This document shows, piece after piece, positions 1 through 13,400 of a stretch of DNA of 64,000 nt (the first letter of the stretch is position 1; each line of letters begins with the position of its first letter). The DNA is from Lepidodermella squamata. Lineage: Eukaryota > Animalia > Gastrotricha. Position numbers and translations under genes: made by a program. The stretch spans positions 3,906,001-3,970,000 of the forward strand of contig JBLDXI010000015.1 in NCBI GenBank assembly GCA_047495785.1, given 5' to 3'. The notes beneath the pieces are model-generated. The model was given only the letters and a program-made list of their open reading frames with translations. It had not been told where the DNA came from and did not search any database.

Positions 1-3000
1 CGTCGGTCGGCAAAGTCATGGTTGCTACAACTTTTCTGTTCAGCGTCATTTCTCTCGTTGTCTACATGGTCGACACGTTATTGTACGCCTGATTATTTCG
101 AAGCCCTGATTTTTTCATCAAACAATTGTTTCCCCCCTCACCTAGGTATCATGTCGAAAGCTGTATGCCCTGGAACGGTGCTTTCACCCGCCAAATAGAT
201 CTCGTCCTCAACATGTATTTTCTCATCAACTTTTTCCTTCGGGTGAGTATTCCGATGCGTATATATCATGTTATTGATTGCGTTTTTCTTGTGTTTCTTC
301 TCCGCCGTCGCGCCGCTGCTTGCTAGATTATGAATTACATAAACCTGTAAAAACGCGCGCCGATATTATTTTTAGTAGCGGCACGAGAGACTAGTCTGTA
401 GAGGAGAAGAAAAAAATCAATTAAAATGAGCCTAATCAGGTGTAACTAATTCATGGTGTTTACATTTCACAGTTTGTTGCGGCTGAGGACAAGCTTATCT
501 TCTGGACAAACATTTATTCGATTGTCGATTATTTTACCATTCCGCCTGTTATCCTCGAAACCGTCATGAACCGATCTTGGATAGGTAAATTTTCGAAAAA
601 AAATTGAGATGAAAAATGATTGATGATTTTTCTTATTTTTTTCAGGACTTCGGTTCATGCGTGCCATTTGTTTTATGCAATTTTCGGACATTTTACAATT
701 TCTTCACATTTTACGCACTGGCAACAGCATACGTTTAGCTCAGCTAGCCTCAATCTTCCTTACCGTTTGGGTTGCTTCAGCAGGAATGTTTTATTTGGTA
801 AGTTGTGCTTTTTATCGATTATCAGCTCGCTAAAAATAAATTGCGTGTCTACAAAATTGGGACAGTAAAATCAGCCCACCTAGCGCGATACGTTGCTATG
901 TCCATGGCTATTTGCGTAAAACGCAAACGCAAACGCAAAATGACGTATTTTCCGCTAGAAAATCGACCTAAAAACAATAATGATGAGAGGACTAAAAACT
1001 AGGTCACGCACTAGCCGAATTACGTGGAAAGGTCAAATTTTATAGCTAAAACAATTTGCATGACCTATAGGCAATAAATATGGAAAATGCGTAATTATTT
1101 CAGGAAAGTAATTTTAAGGAGGAATTTTTGAAAAATGATGGTAATTTTTTTATTTTATTTTTTTGCAAATATAGTTGGAGAATACTGGCGATCCGTTTTA
1201 TTCGTACCAAAATTCGCACGACATAGACTATTTCAACTGCATGTATTACCTCCTGGTGACAATGTCGACGGTCGGCTACGGCGATGTAACGCCGACGACC
1301 GTTCTCGGCAAGATTTTCGTTGTGTTGTACATTCTTGGCGCGCTCGCCATGTTCGCCACCTTCATCCCCGAGATGGTCGAGTGCATATCGACCGACAAGT
1401 ACGGCGGCGAGTTTGAAAAAGAGCCGAACAAGCCGCACATCGTGCTGTGCGGCAACATCGACTACCGATCCGTCGACAACTTCTTGAAAGACTTTTTACA
1501 CGAGGACCGAGAGGACATTAACATAACAACGGTGCTGCTAGATAAGCAGACACCGTCGTTGGAGCTACAGGCGTTGATGAAGCGCCACTTTACCAAGGTG
1601 CAGTTTTTTCGCGGCACGGTTATGAACAGCCGCGATTTGTGCCGCGTCAAGGTGAGCGAGGCGGACGCGTGTCTCGTGATCGCGAACAAGAACGCGGACG
1701 ACCCGCACGCCGAGGACATGGCGAACATCATGCGCGTGATAGCCGTGAAAAACTACTGCCAAAACATCCGCATCATCGTGCAGCTGCTGTGCTACTCTAA
1801 CAAAATCTACCTGATGAACATTCCCGGCTGGAACAAGGAGGACTGCATCGTGTGCCTGCCGGAGCTCAAACTCGGCTTCATGGCGCAGTCGTGCCTCGCG
1901 CCGGGCTTCTCCACGCTGCTCGCCAACCTGTTCACGATGCGCTCGGACAACGTCACCGACGACATGCCCGACTGGATGAAGGACTACGTTATCGGTGCTG
2001 GCATGGAGATGTACAAGGAACGGTTGTCGTACTCATTCACCGGCATGTCGTTCCCGGACATGGCGCTGCTGTGCTTCTTCAAGCTCAACCTGCTGCTGGT
2101 TGCGCTGCAGCAGTTCGACGAAACTTACAAGGAGACAACGCTCATTGTCAACCCAGGCAGCGACGTGCACATCGTCAGCTCGGCCGAGGGCTATTTCATC
2201 GCGCAGTCGGCCGAGGAGGCGAAGCGCGCCTTCTACTACTGCAAAATCTGCCACGACAAAGTCTCCGACCCTGACCAAATCAAGAAATGCGTCCACACAG
2301 AAGGTACGTCTAACATTTGAAACCACGAACCAACTTCACAATTCCAACCTCACTCGTACCGCCTCATTTTGCTTTAATTTTTAATTTTAATTTAATTTTT
2401 TTTCGTCGCCTTTAATTTTCATCCACAGAAGTTATTCGCCGGCAGCAACCAAATAATGGTTAAAAAAAACATGTGGAATTTTATAGATATATTTATATCG
2501 ATATCTTTCTATGCTAGCTGAATTTTGTTTTTGAAATATTATTGCATTTCTCACTCGGCCAGTCACTGATCACTTCCTGGCAAAAAACAATCACGTCATC
2601 GATATGACAGGAAAACCTTGGAAATCATCACCGGCAAAAATCCTTTACAGAAAATCACTCCATTCAACTTATAGTTACAGTAGCTACACTTAGCAAATTG
2701 GAATTCAACACTAGCAAAACCTGAAACATTCAGCTGGATGCTGATTGCTGAAAAAACACGAAAATTCATGGAATCGTAGTGTTAGCTCCGGGACCTATTT
2801 GTGAATAAGCATTATGTATCACAGCAAATGGCTCACATTTTTAACACGAATGATGGACCGAACCCCGAAATTTAGGGACTTGCTTTGCTTAGACCTTGAA
2901 AAGTGGAGTTTGGCAAAGCTTTTTGACATTGAGAGATTTTGATAACCCAGTAAAGATATCAAAATGAGGCGAATGATAATCACAGTTTCTAAGGAAATTA

Positions 3001-5848
3001 ACGAAGTTTTTGCTAGTCTAAACCTTTTTGTCGATTGTTTTTAGGGGCATTCTGAGGGAAGAATCTCGCTTGAGGTTTAGAAATTCGTCAAAAATGTTTC
3101 TATAGTCTCCAGAAATACCTAAAATGGTCGGAACTTTTAGTGGCGATTTTTCCATATTTTAAGGAGGATATGATTTAGGATCATCCTGATGCTTGGAAAT
3201 TCAAAATCTGCAATTGAAAAGGTTTCAAGACACGTTCGTGGTTTGCTAACGAAATTTCGGGAAATTCGTCAAATCCTGCTTTCTCTGCTTAAAATGTCCT
3301 AATTTCCAAAATTTGATCGGTGAAAAGTGTATTAGATGGAGCGGGTGTAATCGAAATTTCGAACTTCGAATTTCAAAGGGGCGACGGCGACTGGTTTTTT
3401 GGCTTTAATTATAAGTCATTTGCCGTGGAGCCAATTGTGAAAAGATTAATGTGCTGCGTGAAAGCGTAAATTATGTTGAGTAGCCGTAAATTATTGTGGG
3501 GTCTTAATTATTATTATTATTACTGATCTACTTGATTATTTTTCTTAATTTATTAATTTTGTGCGTTTTTTTGCGCTTGCAGAGAGGTTGCGTCCTATAA
3601 AGCCGTCGGATAGTTCTAACAAGAGCAAAAAATGGCGGACGCAGGTGACGGCGATGAAGGTGACGCCGTCCAAGTCCAACTCGCGGCTCGCCACCATGGT
3701 CGAATACCTGCACCTGCGCAAGGGCCAAGACAAGCCGCAGGAGATGTTCGACGAGACGGGCATGTTCCACTGGTGCCCGGAGCGGCCGATCGAGGCGTGC
3801 CTGGTGACGCGCAAGGAGATACAAACGATGAACCTGCACAACCACATCATCGTTTGCATATTCGCCGACACGCAGTCGCCGCAGTACAGCCTTAACAACT
3901 TTATGATGCCACTGCGCGCCTCCAACATCCACTACCACGAGCTGAAACACGTCGTGCTCATCGGTGACGAGCAGTGGATACGCACCGAGTGGCCTCTCAT
4001 TCAGAACTTTCCTATTATCACTGTCTTGCCCGTAAGTTATCTCAAAATTATTCCTTAAAATTCTTGAGATTTTAATGTGGATTTATTTGAATGCTATAGG
4101 GCGCACCTCTAAATCGCGGCAACTTGAAAGCTGCGAACATTCAACACTGTGATATGGTCGTTATTCTTTCCCCTAAAGTGGCCTACGAGGCCGACAAGAT
4201 GCTAGTCGACAAGGAGACGATTCTTTGCTCGCTCAACATAAAAGCAATGACCTTCGAAGAAATCGATGACGGCGGCGACGCCAACGCGTCGCATTCCACC
4301 GACATCGAGGCCATCGAAAGGCGTAAGTGTCTTCACTACATCCTGTTCCAGCTTAAAGAAATCGAGCTAAAATTACTGAAAAATTATCCACACATTTCCC
4401 AACTTCAAAAATGAAACTAAAATTGTTGACGAAATTTTTCCAACTTTTAAATTGAATCAAAATTATATGAAAATCGTCCAAACGTTTTCCAACTTCAAAT
4501 TTGTAAAAAATTACCCAAGATGAGTGATGAAAATTTTTCGAAGCAATTTTTGTAATTTTTTCGAAAATTTTCCTCGAGGGTGACTACAACTACACGCTGT
4601 TTAAAATATTCCTACATGCCCATGATAAAATGTTGCCTTAGAATTGCTTTATGGCTCTGTAAAAAAAATTAAGGTGGAATTTTTGTTTCAATTTTAATGC
4701 TATTTTGACGCGGGTGTTTATGCCTCGTAAACACTCTAAAAAGTGGCCCCAGATTTTGCTCATATAGGACTACTCTTTGGCTAAGCGACAGAGTATTTCC
4801 TCATAATTAAATTGCGAGAAAAATTTCGGAAATATTTCGAGAGAGGCTATTTATCTGTTGATTAAGATTTTAGAAAGATACGTTCGGATAAAAAAAAACA
4901 AGGTCACGTGACCCAATTTCCTCCGTGTGATCGTAATAAATTTTAATTCCCCTATTTAAATTTTAAAATAAATTCAGCTTTACAAAAAATTCTGAAGAAA
5001 TAATAAAAATTGATGTTTTTTCTTGTTATTTTTTTGCGCAGTTCGGTCTCAAGCGAAAAAGCGCACAAAACTCGGTCACGAAGTCCCGATGATATCCGAG
5101 CTCGAGTGCGACACGAACGTGCAATTCCTCGACATCGAAGACGAGGACACGCCGGACGCCGAGCTCTACCTCTCCCAGCCATTTGCTTGTGGCACGGCTT
5201 TCGTCACCTCCGTACTCGATTCGCTCATGAGCACGGTAAATTTTAATCAAATTTTTTAAATTTCGAAATTTAACTGTGTTTTTTTGTATTACAGGCTTAT
5301 TTTAGTAGTGGTGCTCTAGCTATCATTCAGTCGCTTGTAACGGGCGGGGCGACTGTGGAACTCGAGGAAGCGCTCGTGCACGGCGACGGCACCATACGGC
5401 ATTGTGCCAAACCTGCCATGTTAGCTAATCGCTATCGGTGTCGCATCAACCAAATATCGTTACGTGGTTGTGGAATGGACGAGTTCGAAAATTTCGGGGT
5501 AAGATCAATTTTTTTTCAGGAATCGAAAAAAAATCGTTAAATTTTGCGTTTTTATAGCAATGTGGTGGAACTTACGGTGATCTGTTCGAAATCGCGCTTA
5601 CTCGTCGATGCATGTTGTGCATAGGCATCTATCGCAAGATTCCGGCAACTTCCAAGCAAAAAGCGTCGCACAAACGCTGTACAATAACAAACCCTTCGAA
5701 AGACTTTTGGGTGTCGCCCGACGACAAAGTTTTCGTGCTACAGCCTTTCGACGATTCTGTCCTCATCAAGGAAGTTCAGCAGGCTCAAGCGGCGATGGCC
5801 GCCATGCAGCTACAGCACCAACAGCAGCTGTTACCGCCATCGTCCTAG
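1..5848 (+). CDS. slo1: Large-conductance Ca2+-activated K+ channel (Slo1/BK) alpha subunit, 5'-truncated by the window edge; predicted exons <1-82, 146-242, 473-584, 646-797, 1175-2303, 3583-4032, 4100-4322, 5042-5236, 5295-5498, 5558-5848
   Basis: Spliced translation gives S1-S4 (NRSWIGLRFMRA), pore [12 protein letters not shown]1 [29 protein letters not shown], the CKICH heme motif and the Ca-bowl [27 protein letters not shown]. Introns are GT-AG and keep the frame. Confidence 0.96.
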
Positions 5849-7249
5849 ATATCAATTCTTCCTTATAATAAACAATTTCGATTTATTGTTCATTTTACTA
5901 GCGCTAAAAAACTATTCAATTTCTTCGTGTTATTATAAAAATCGCCGCACACTTTCTCATCAACAGCAGGGTGGTATTTATATATAATATCAGTTGAAAT
6001 CACGAGAGCGAGCTAGGCCGAGGCCGAGGCAGGAAGAAAATCGATTCTCACGCGATTTTCGAATTCACAATTTTTATGCACTCAGAAATAATCCGATGAT
6101 TCAGCGGTACATATTATACAGAAGCTATTATATAACATTATTATATCATTTCACATTTTATTGTGTATTCAAGCGAATAATTGTCACTTCTTTTTTTCGG
6201 CAACGACCATGAACTTGTTATTTTTTTTCTTCAAAAAAAACGTTAAAACAAACACGCTGGCCGAACGAACGAACGAAAATTGTTATATTATCATCCGCAT
6301 TTGAAGGGCACATGAAAAAGTAAACGAATAAATCGCTTTCTTCATTATTGCCATAACAATGTTTACTTATCGCGCTTTGTTTACTACCGGTTCCAATTGC
6401 AATCTAAAACGAAAAGCGTGCCCAAAAGTTATCAGTTTGATATCTTCTTCTGCTATCTCTAAAACCTATGATGGTATTGATGCCTTGAGCTATCGGGGTT
6501 CCATTTAATTTAGTACCTGATTTTTCAAATGCCTTCCGCCTGCCCGACAACTTTACCTTAATAATACACGATAATTCGTTCTAATATAGGCTAATAATAT
6601 CAAATAGCGTCCCATCTTAAAATTCGTGTTTAGCTTTTCAATAGCGAAGCGATAATTTTATATTATCCTAGTTGCACTGAGTCAACACTAGCGCAACTGC
6701 TTTTTTGATTCATCTTTAATTATAACGAACAACAAACTAACAATATACACACTGTCGCTGCGATACACACCTGTCGTTTATTTAGCTGAAAAAAACTGAT
6801 GAAAATTTATATTCAATGTTTATGCAGCGCTTTATCGTCTCTCACTTCAAATCCATGTTTACAACCTCGTTCGAGGAATATTGTAGAAACGAGAAGAGCG
6901 TCTATATAACAAACAAAATATTCTCTACATGTTCATGTCTTATATGTAACGAAAAATATTATATATCATTTGCGATGATGATATGTAAAAATGGAGAAAA
7001 ATCATGTTGAAAATTTATCAATAATTATTATATTGTTATATAATTTATCAATTGCGAAAGCTATGATGTTGGCGAGATGGTTCCGGCGCCGATGAGCGCC
7101 GAGGACGTTGAAGCGACTTTTTTGAAAAGCAAATAATAAAAATACAAAAAATTGATACGTCAAGTGTTTTTGGATTATTTTTCCACACAGTTAAAACCGC
7201 GCCGATCGATAGTAAAACGAACGATTATCGGCTTGCCGGCACAAAATAT

Positions 7250-8640
7250 CGCTAGCGTTTAGCTGGGTTCACGGACTCGCGATTTGTCGCGCGCGACAAC
7301 TGAGCGGCGCGACAAATCCGGTGTCGCGCGCGACAGTCGCGCACTTGTTCACGGACTCAGCGGTGTCGCGCGTGTCGCGGGTGTCGCATCAGTGTTGTGC
7401 GCGACAAAACGGTAGTGCGTTCACGGACTCAGCGACGCGACGGGCGCCCGAACAATAGGGCTGGGCGGCCGTTGCGTAACAGCGAGCGACAGAAAGAACA
7501 ATGGATTTTGTCGCGTGTCGCGTCGCGAGGGTGAAAATCGCCTGTTTTGAGCGCGACAACGCGACAACGCGACAAGTTGAAGGCAAGAAGGCAATAATAA
7601 TAATAAACTATAAACCGCCCGCCCGCTCAAGATCAAATGCCGCCCACGCAAAACACTGGTTTAATAATAACTCAATAATAAGCGCATAGGCTTTATTTTC
7701 ATTTTTTCGCACGAGAACCCCCATATTCATTCGATAGAGAATTGTTTAGATTATATTGCAGTATAAAAACCGCCGCGATATTTGAAAGTAGCCATTTGAC
7801 TTCTGCGCGCGCGGCCAAAATGTTGCTGAAAATTATTTATGTTTTTCTATAATTTTGCTCCGCTTTTAACCGCAATTGCGCAACCGACGCTTGGGGGCCG
7901 GGCGGAACTACTGTGGGCCCGCAATTGAGCCACAACAAAAGTTTGTCGCGCGCGACAGAACTTTCAAGCGTGACTATCTGTGTGTGTCGCGTCGCTGTTT
8001 TCGTGCGACACACCCGCGACAGTCGCGTTGTCGCGCGCGACACTTGTCGCGCAGTCGCAGAGTCCGTGAACCTAGCTTTTTTCGGTATAACTCTCCATTT
8101 GACGGTAATTATTTTACCGCAGCACGCAAACAAGGTCACCTCAATGCTTGTGCGGTAAAACGAACGCTGCCGCGTTTGTAAATTTTTACCGCACGCAGCG
8201 TTACTTTTACCGTAGAAGCAATTGGGGCAGTTACTATTTAACGTAAGCTTTTGTCTTTCCACTTACTGTACGGCTGACACGGCGAGCGCAAGAAGCATGC
8301 TGCATAGGAGCCATGGAGGAATCCCGCGCGCACACCATGGTAACGCGTCATTTTATAACACCCTAAACCAACAGGCAATTTTTCTGTTATACCCATGCTC
8401 TACAGCGGTTGCGTAACAAGCTCTATTGTAAGAACGCGAGCAAAGACTCCGACTCCGTTATTTCTATTTCTCCATAATATGAGCTGAGCTTACCGCAGAA
8501 AAAATAATTTTACCGCGCGCGAGTATATGTATGCTTCAGAGTCGAGGTGGTGCCGTTTACGGTAAATTGTTTACCGCAACTAGAGAACAATGGCGAGATG
8601 GAGTTACCGTCAAATGGAGAGTTATACCGAAACGCTAACG
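7250..8640. mobile_element. MITE family A, copy 1; left TIR interrupted by MITE B
   Basis: Right end ttaccgtcaaatggagagttataccgaaacgctaacg is identical to the end of the copy at 16836-17314. The left TIR is split into cgctagcgttt (7250-7260) and ttcggtataactctccatttgacggtaa (8081 onward). Internal ttttaccgc repeats. Confidence 0.85.
7261..8077. mobile_element. MITE family B (possibly PIF/Harbinger-like) with tgtcgcg/cgcgaca subterminal repeats
   Basis: 18-bp TIR agctgggttcacggactc / gagtccgtgaacctagct with 1 mismatch. Dense tgtcgcg palindromic repeats at both ends. No transposase ORF. Confidence 0.8.
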
Positions 8641-10085
8641 AACCTGCAAATACGAATTAGAACTAAATGGTAAAAAACTTGAAAAAGTTACCAAATTCAA
8701 ATATTTAGGCAGTATTATCACCAGCGATGGCAAAATTGACGAGGAACTAAATTATAGGATTTCTAAGGCTGGTAGTGTATTCGGGGCTATGAATAAGTTT
8801 ATGTGCAATAAAAATCAGGTTTCCATATCAACAAAATTAAAGGTCCTAACTTGCGTGATAATACCTACCATCATTTACGCCTGTGAATCCTGGAACATCT
8901 CGATAGTCCAAGAAAGTAGGCTAAATACAATAGAGTATCGATGGCTTCGATCAATAGTAGGTGTCCACCTAATGGACTACATTCCAAATATCGATATTAG
9001 GCTGGCTCTATGTGGAGGGCTCATTGAAGTGAGTCGCATAGTAGAAAAACAACGTTTAAGATATTTAGGACACATTGTTAGATCACGTGATTACGATGAA
9101 AAAACCTGCGATTAATCATTAAAAAAAAATGAAATTTTCTCTCTCGGACATGGCCCCCCGGAGCGTGAGCGCGGCTCTGATGGCCCGTAGAGGCTCTCGT
9201 TGTCAGCCGGTGGGCTAGCGCGAGCCTTGTTTTGTCGGGCCTCCTTAGCTATGCGCTCAGTTGTCTCCGGGGATCCCATTTCCCAGAGAGAAAAGGAAAG
9301 AATAATGAGGTGAAACGAATATCCTGTAAACTGACACATTTCAGTTCGTACTTCCGCATGCATTGACTATTCCTATCTTACTTGATCTTGGTTTTTTTAA
9401 CACTCTTCGCATATAATAATATTTCACGATTTTACATTTTTGAAGAACAAACTGATACTATAATGACAGTTAATATATACACTCAAAGTAATCAAAACAC
9501 TAATACTAACCTAAAAACAATTAGCGGTTATATAAGATTCTACGGTTTTACATAATCGCGGGGTTGAACCCAAATAAAACATGATATTTAAAAAAAAAAA
9601 CGATGAAAAAGGTCTAATAAATAAAATTTATACCTGGATGCCCCGGTCGGGTGGTTTGCACCCAGAGGAAGACCCCGGACCAGGTGGATCAACGGAGTGC
9701 ATATGAGTTTGATTAAAGTAGGTCTCACTAAGGAAATACGCCGGAAAAAGAAATCTAACACTAAGAAAGACAGCAAGAATAAGGGAACTAAGAAAAAAGG
9801 TGATAAGAAAAAACCCGGCGAAAATAAAAATAAATTTGAAACCAAAATTATTCCTGATTTACAATTAGCTGAACTCGCATCCTTTGAAAAAGATGAATGG
9901 CGCATGATTGTTAACTCAATTGATGATTATGAATTTTTCGGAAAAAGCAGAATCTTCAACTGTGGGGGTGGGTAAGGATCAATCTTTGCCTGCCTTCGCC
10001 CTCTTCAAAACCGGAAACGGTATAATGACGTGCAGTCTAGGAGAGGCTAAATAAAACTATTATTATTATTATTATATATTATATT
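8641..10085 (+). mobile_element. 5'-truncated RTE-like non-LTR retrotransposon remnant (C-terminus of RT ORF plus 3' UTR)
   Basis: Translates to FKYLGSIITSDGKIDEELNYRISKA, ISTKLKV..IIPTIIYACESW and QRLRYLGHIVR. After the insertion it continues as PRGRPRTRW and ends in a (TAT)n tail near 10058-10085. Confidence 0.85.
9105..9600 (+). mobile_element. Polyadenylated retroposed insertion inside the LINE
   Basis: Flanked by the direct repeat cgatgaaaaa (9095-9104 and 9601-9610). AATAAA near 9572 and an A11 tail at 9590-9600. Confidence 0.7.
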
Positions 10086-10452
10086 ATATCCAATCCTAGA
10101 CTTCGGGAAGCAGTGAGAAGTGAGAAGGAAACTTTCTAAACAATCTTAAGAAGGCGAGCGAGCTCAGAGCGTGCGAATTATGGGTAAAATGAGGAGAGAG
10201 AAGCGTACCCCCGGCCTGCAGAGGTCCACTATCCCACCTCGAAAGCAATATAATAAATTTGGGGCAGATAAACTCAAGCGTTATCAGGAAGTGGAACCAC
10301 AAGGGAGCGTCACAATGGCTTATAGCCACAAACCGAATATGCTTTGCATTATCAGTTAGATAAAAACCGCTTCAAAATGATGTCTTTTTTGTCTCGCTGT
10401 AAAAATAAACCTTAATTAATCGCGAATTCACTCCTTTGAACGACCGGCAGTA

Positions 10453-13400
10453 ATGGCTGCTGCAATGGAGACTATTTTTTCAGTGGAAAATTTCACAATC
10501 GAGAAGTATTTAGGAAGGGGCTATTTCGGCTCAACGGCGCTATGCAGGCGGACATGCAACGACGTGGCACCTTACGCTGTCAAAGCAGTAAACCTCACGC
10601 GAATTCGTGAACTTCACGCGGGGGAACCCCATTTTGCTGAAAGAATGGTTACTCTGTGCAGGGAAGAGGTCAGCATTATTTCATTTCATTATTTATCCAT
10701 CACAAAAACCATCCCTTAATATGGTTTTTTCGAATCCACAGCATGAAAAACTGGTCAAGCTCTCACATCCAAATGTTGTTTACGTTTTTGGGGCCTATTT
10801 TGGTAAGTTGTGCTAAGAACGGATCCATGATACACGATACATCTATATCAGGACTTGGTGACCAAGGGCGTTTAACCCTTAGCCGCCGAAGACGTGTACA
10901 CGCGTTAATTCCGGAGAAAATTCACCGTGGTCGGAGGATTTGGGCTATCGAACCCATTGTTGCGTCATAAATTATGATAAATCAATAGGAAGAAACAAGC
11001 ACTCCCCGAAAATCCAAATTTTCAAAGCCATTCTGACCAGGTCGAAAATAGTGAGAAAATTTTTAAATGACTTGTTAACACGTCATGAAAACGCGTTAAC
11101 ACGTCATAGCAACGGCAACCCAGGTAAAATTCTTCTGAAAAAGAGGTTCGGCTTTCAATCTTAGGCTAAATGTAAGACTTTCTGCCGACTCAGAATTTGA
11201 TTTTATCCTCTTCTTGATTTTCTGGGATTTTCTGAAAGGTGCTCGAGTTAACACGTCATTGCGCCGGCGGCTAAGGGTTAATCATCTCTAAAAATTAGCT
11301 CCTCTCCTTAACCACTTCGAATGCCTTTTCATTCGCTCACCTAACAGACTTCGCTCTCAGCTATGCTGATTCATGTTTTTTCATCACAGAGAAGGACGCT
11401 TCCGGAGCTGATGTGTATTACCTTGTCATGGAATACTGCTCAGGAGGAGACTTGGACGATTACATGAAGAAAGCTAGCACACCTATTCCCGAAAATATGC
11501 TGCTGGAGTGGTCGCTACAACTTGCCTCGGCACTGGCTGCTCTGCATGAAAAGCAAGCCCTCCATCGCGACATAAAGCCAAAAAATATTTTCCTGCACAA
11601 TGGTTCAGTGAAACTCGGGGATTTCGGCTTGGCGAAGATTTATGATAGGTAGGAATATTAATTATATTCGTTATAATAGATCATATAAACAACGATTACA
11701 GCTCTTCAAATAGTATCCAACAGACATCTTACAACTTCAGGCTTGGAACAGAGGCTTACAAAGCGCCTGAATTATTTGGTAATATAGGACACTCGGTTGA
11801 GAGCGATTGGTGGTCTTTGGGTGTAACGTTGTTCGAGCTAGCAAATTTTTACTTGCCCGTTAGTTTTTTCTGTGCCTTTTTACATTTTGTTTACTATAGC
11901 TTCTTTTCAGTTTGAATATGCTCTGGATATCATGACGTAAGTTTCAGCCCAACATTATTAGTGGATGACCATAGCGGTAAATTTACAGAAATCATCAGCA
12001 AAAGTTCAGCGATTCGCGCGGTTATTCGCCAGCGTTCCGTATCGTTATTTTGGGATTTTTAGTTCGAGATCGTTCGAGGCGCATCCCACCGCTAACTCTC
12101 CTAAACTCGTTGGATGATCCGAATTCTCAGCATATCCTGAACGCCACTCATGAAATCAACTCGACAGAACTCTTAGATCCAACCTCTCCGCAAATGGTAT
12201 GAGAAATCGATTTCAAAATTGTAGGCATACTTCTTCTATGTCTTTTCAGCGTCTTTTTCGTCTCATCAGGCAACACAAAACGGGAGAAATTGAAGCGCTG
12301 TTATCAAATTCAACTCCGGCATTGGACGTGAACTGCAAGAATGATGAAGGCCTTACCCCGCTGTTTCTGGCTGTACAAGAGGGCCGGGATGACATAGTGG
12401 ATCTTCTGGTGACCAAGTTCAAGTCTGATCCACTATCGAAGGACTCGTTGGGGAGAACGCCGATGTACGTCGCCGCTGATTGTGGTCGAACAAATGCTGT
12501 AAAACTTCTAGGAAATGTTTCAAGAGAAAGCGTTGATTGGGCGGCTGAAGATGGTAAGACACCGATATGGGTTGCAGCTGAGAACGGCCAGGCTATGATT
12601 GTTAGATTGTTGGCTAAAGAAATGGGCGCTCAAGCGGAAATAACGAATGAACAGGGCATGAGCTTGTTACATGTCGCTGCGAATGGAGGTCACGTGGAAG
12701 TAGCGAGAATTCTCGCAACTGAATTCATTGATAAGGACAAGACTATGTATTCGGGCTATACACCTTTACATTTGGCCGCGCTTAGAGGCCACGTGGACAT
12801 GGTGATTTTACTCATTGAATTCAAAGCTGATGCGAACGCGAAATCGAGAGACTGGACGACGCCTTTGCACCTCGCCGCTCGCCAAGGGTTTACAGGGATC
12901 TTGAGAATGATAGCCACAAAAGACAATGTTCGTGCCAGAGATAATCAATGCGAGACTCCATTGTATGCCGCTGCTAGCAATGGACAGGCGGAAAGCGTGA
13001 GAATTCTAGTCCGAGAATTCCATGCTGACGTTAATGCCACTAATAAAACCCACAAGACTCCGTTGCATATCGCTGCTGAGAATGGACACACGGAAACCGT
13101 AAGAATTCTAGCTGGAGAATTACATGCTAATGTCAATGCATCAAATAAACGTGGCGAGACTCCGTTACAATACGCTGCTATGAAAGGACACGCGGAAACG
13201 GTGAGAATTCTAGCTGGAGAATTCTATGCTAACGTCAATGCATCAAATAAAGATGGTGGGACTCCCTTACATTACGCTGTTTTGTATGGAAAAGTGGAAT
13301 CCGTCAGAATTCTAACTGGAGAATTCCATGCTAACGTCAATGCACAGAATAAACGTGGCTGGACTCCCTTACATTACGCTGTTTTGAAAGGACAAGCGGA

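Noticed and set aside
7389-8416. Several overlapping short ORFs
   Set aside because: They arise from GC-rich MITE repeats and show no protein motifs.
9500-9520. ctaacctaa as a telomerase RNA template
   Set aside because: A 9-nt match in AT-rich sequence is expected by chance, and there is no other support.
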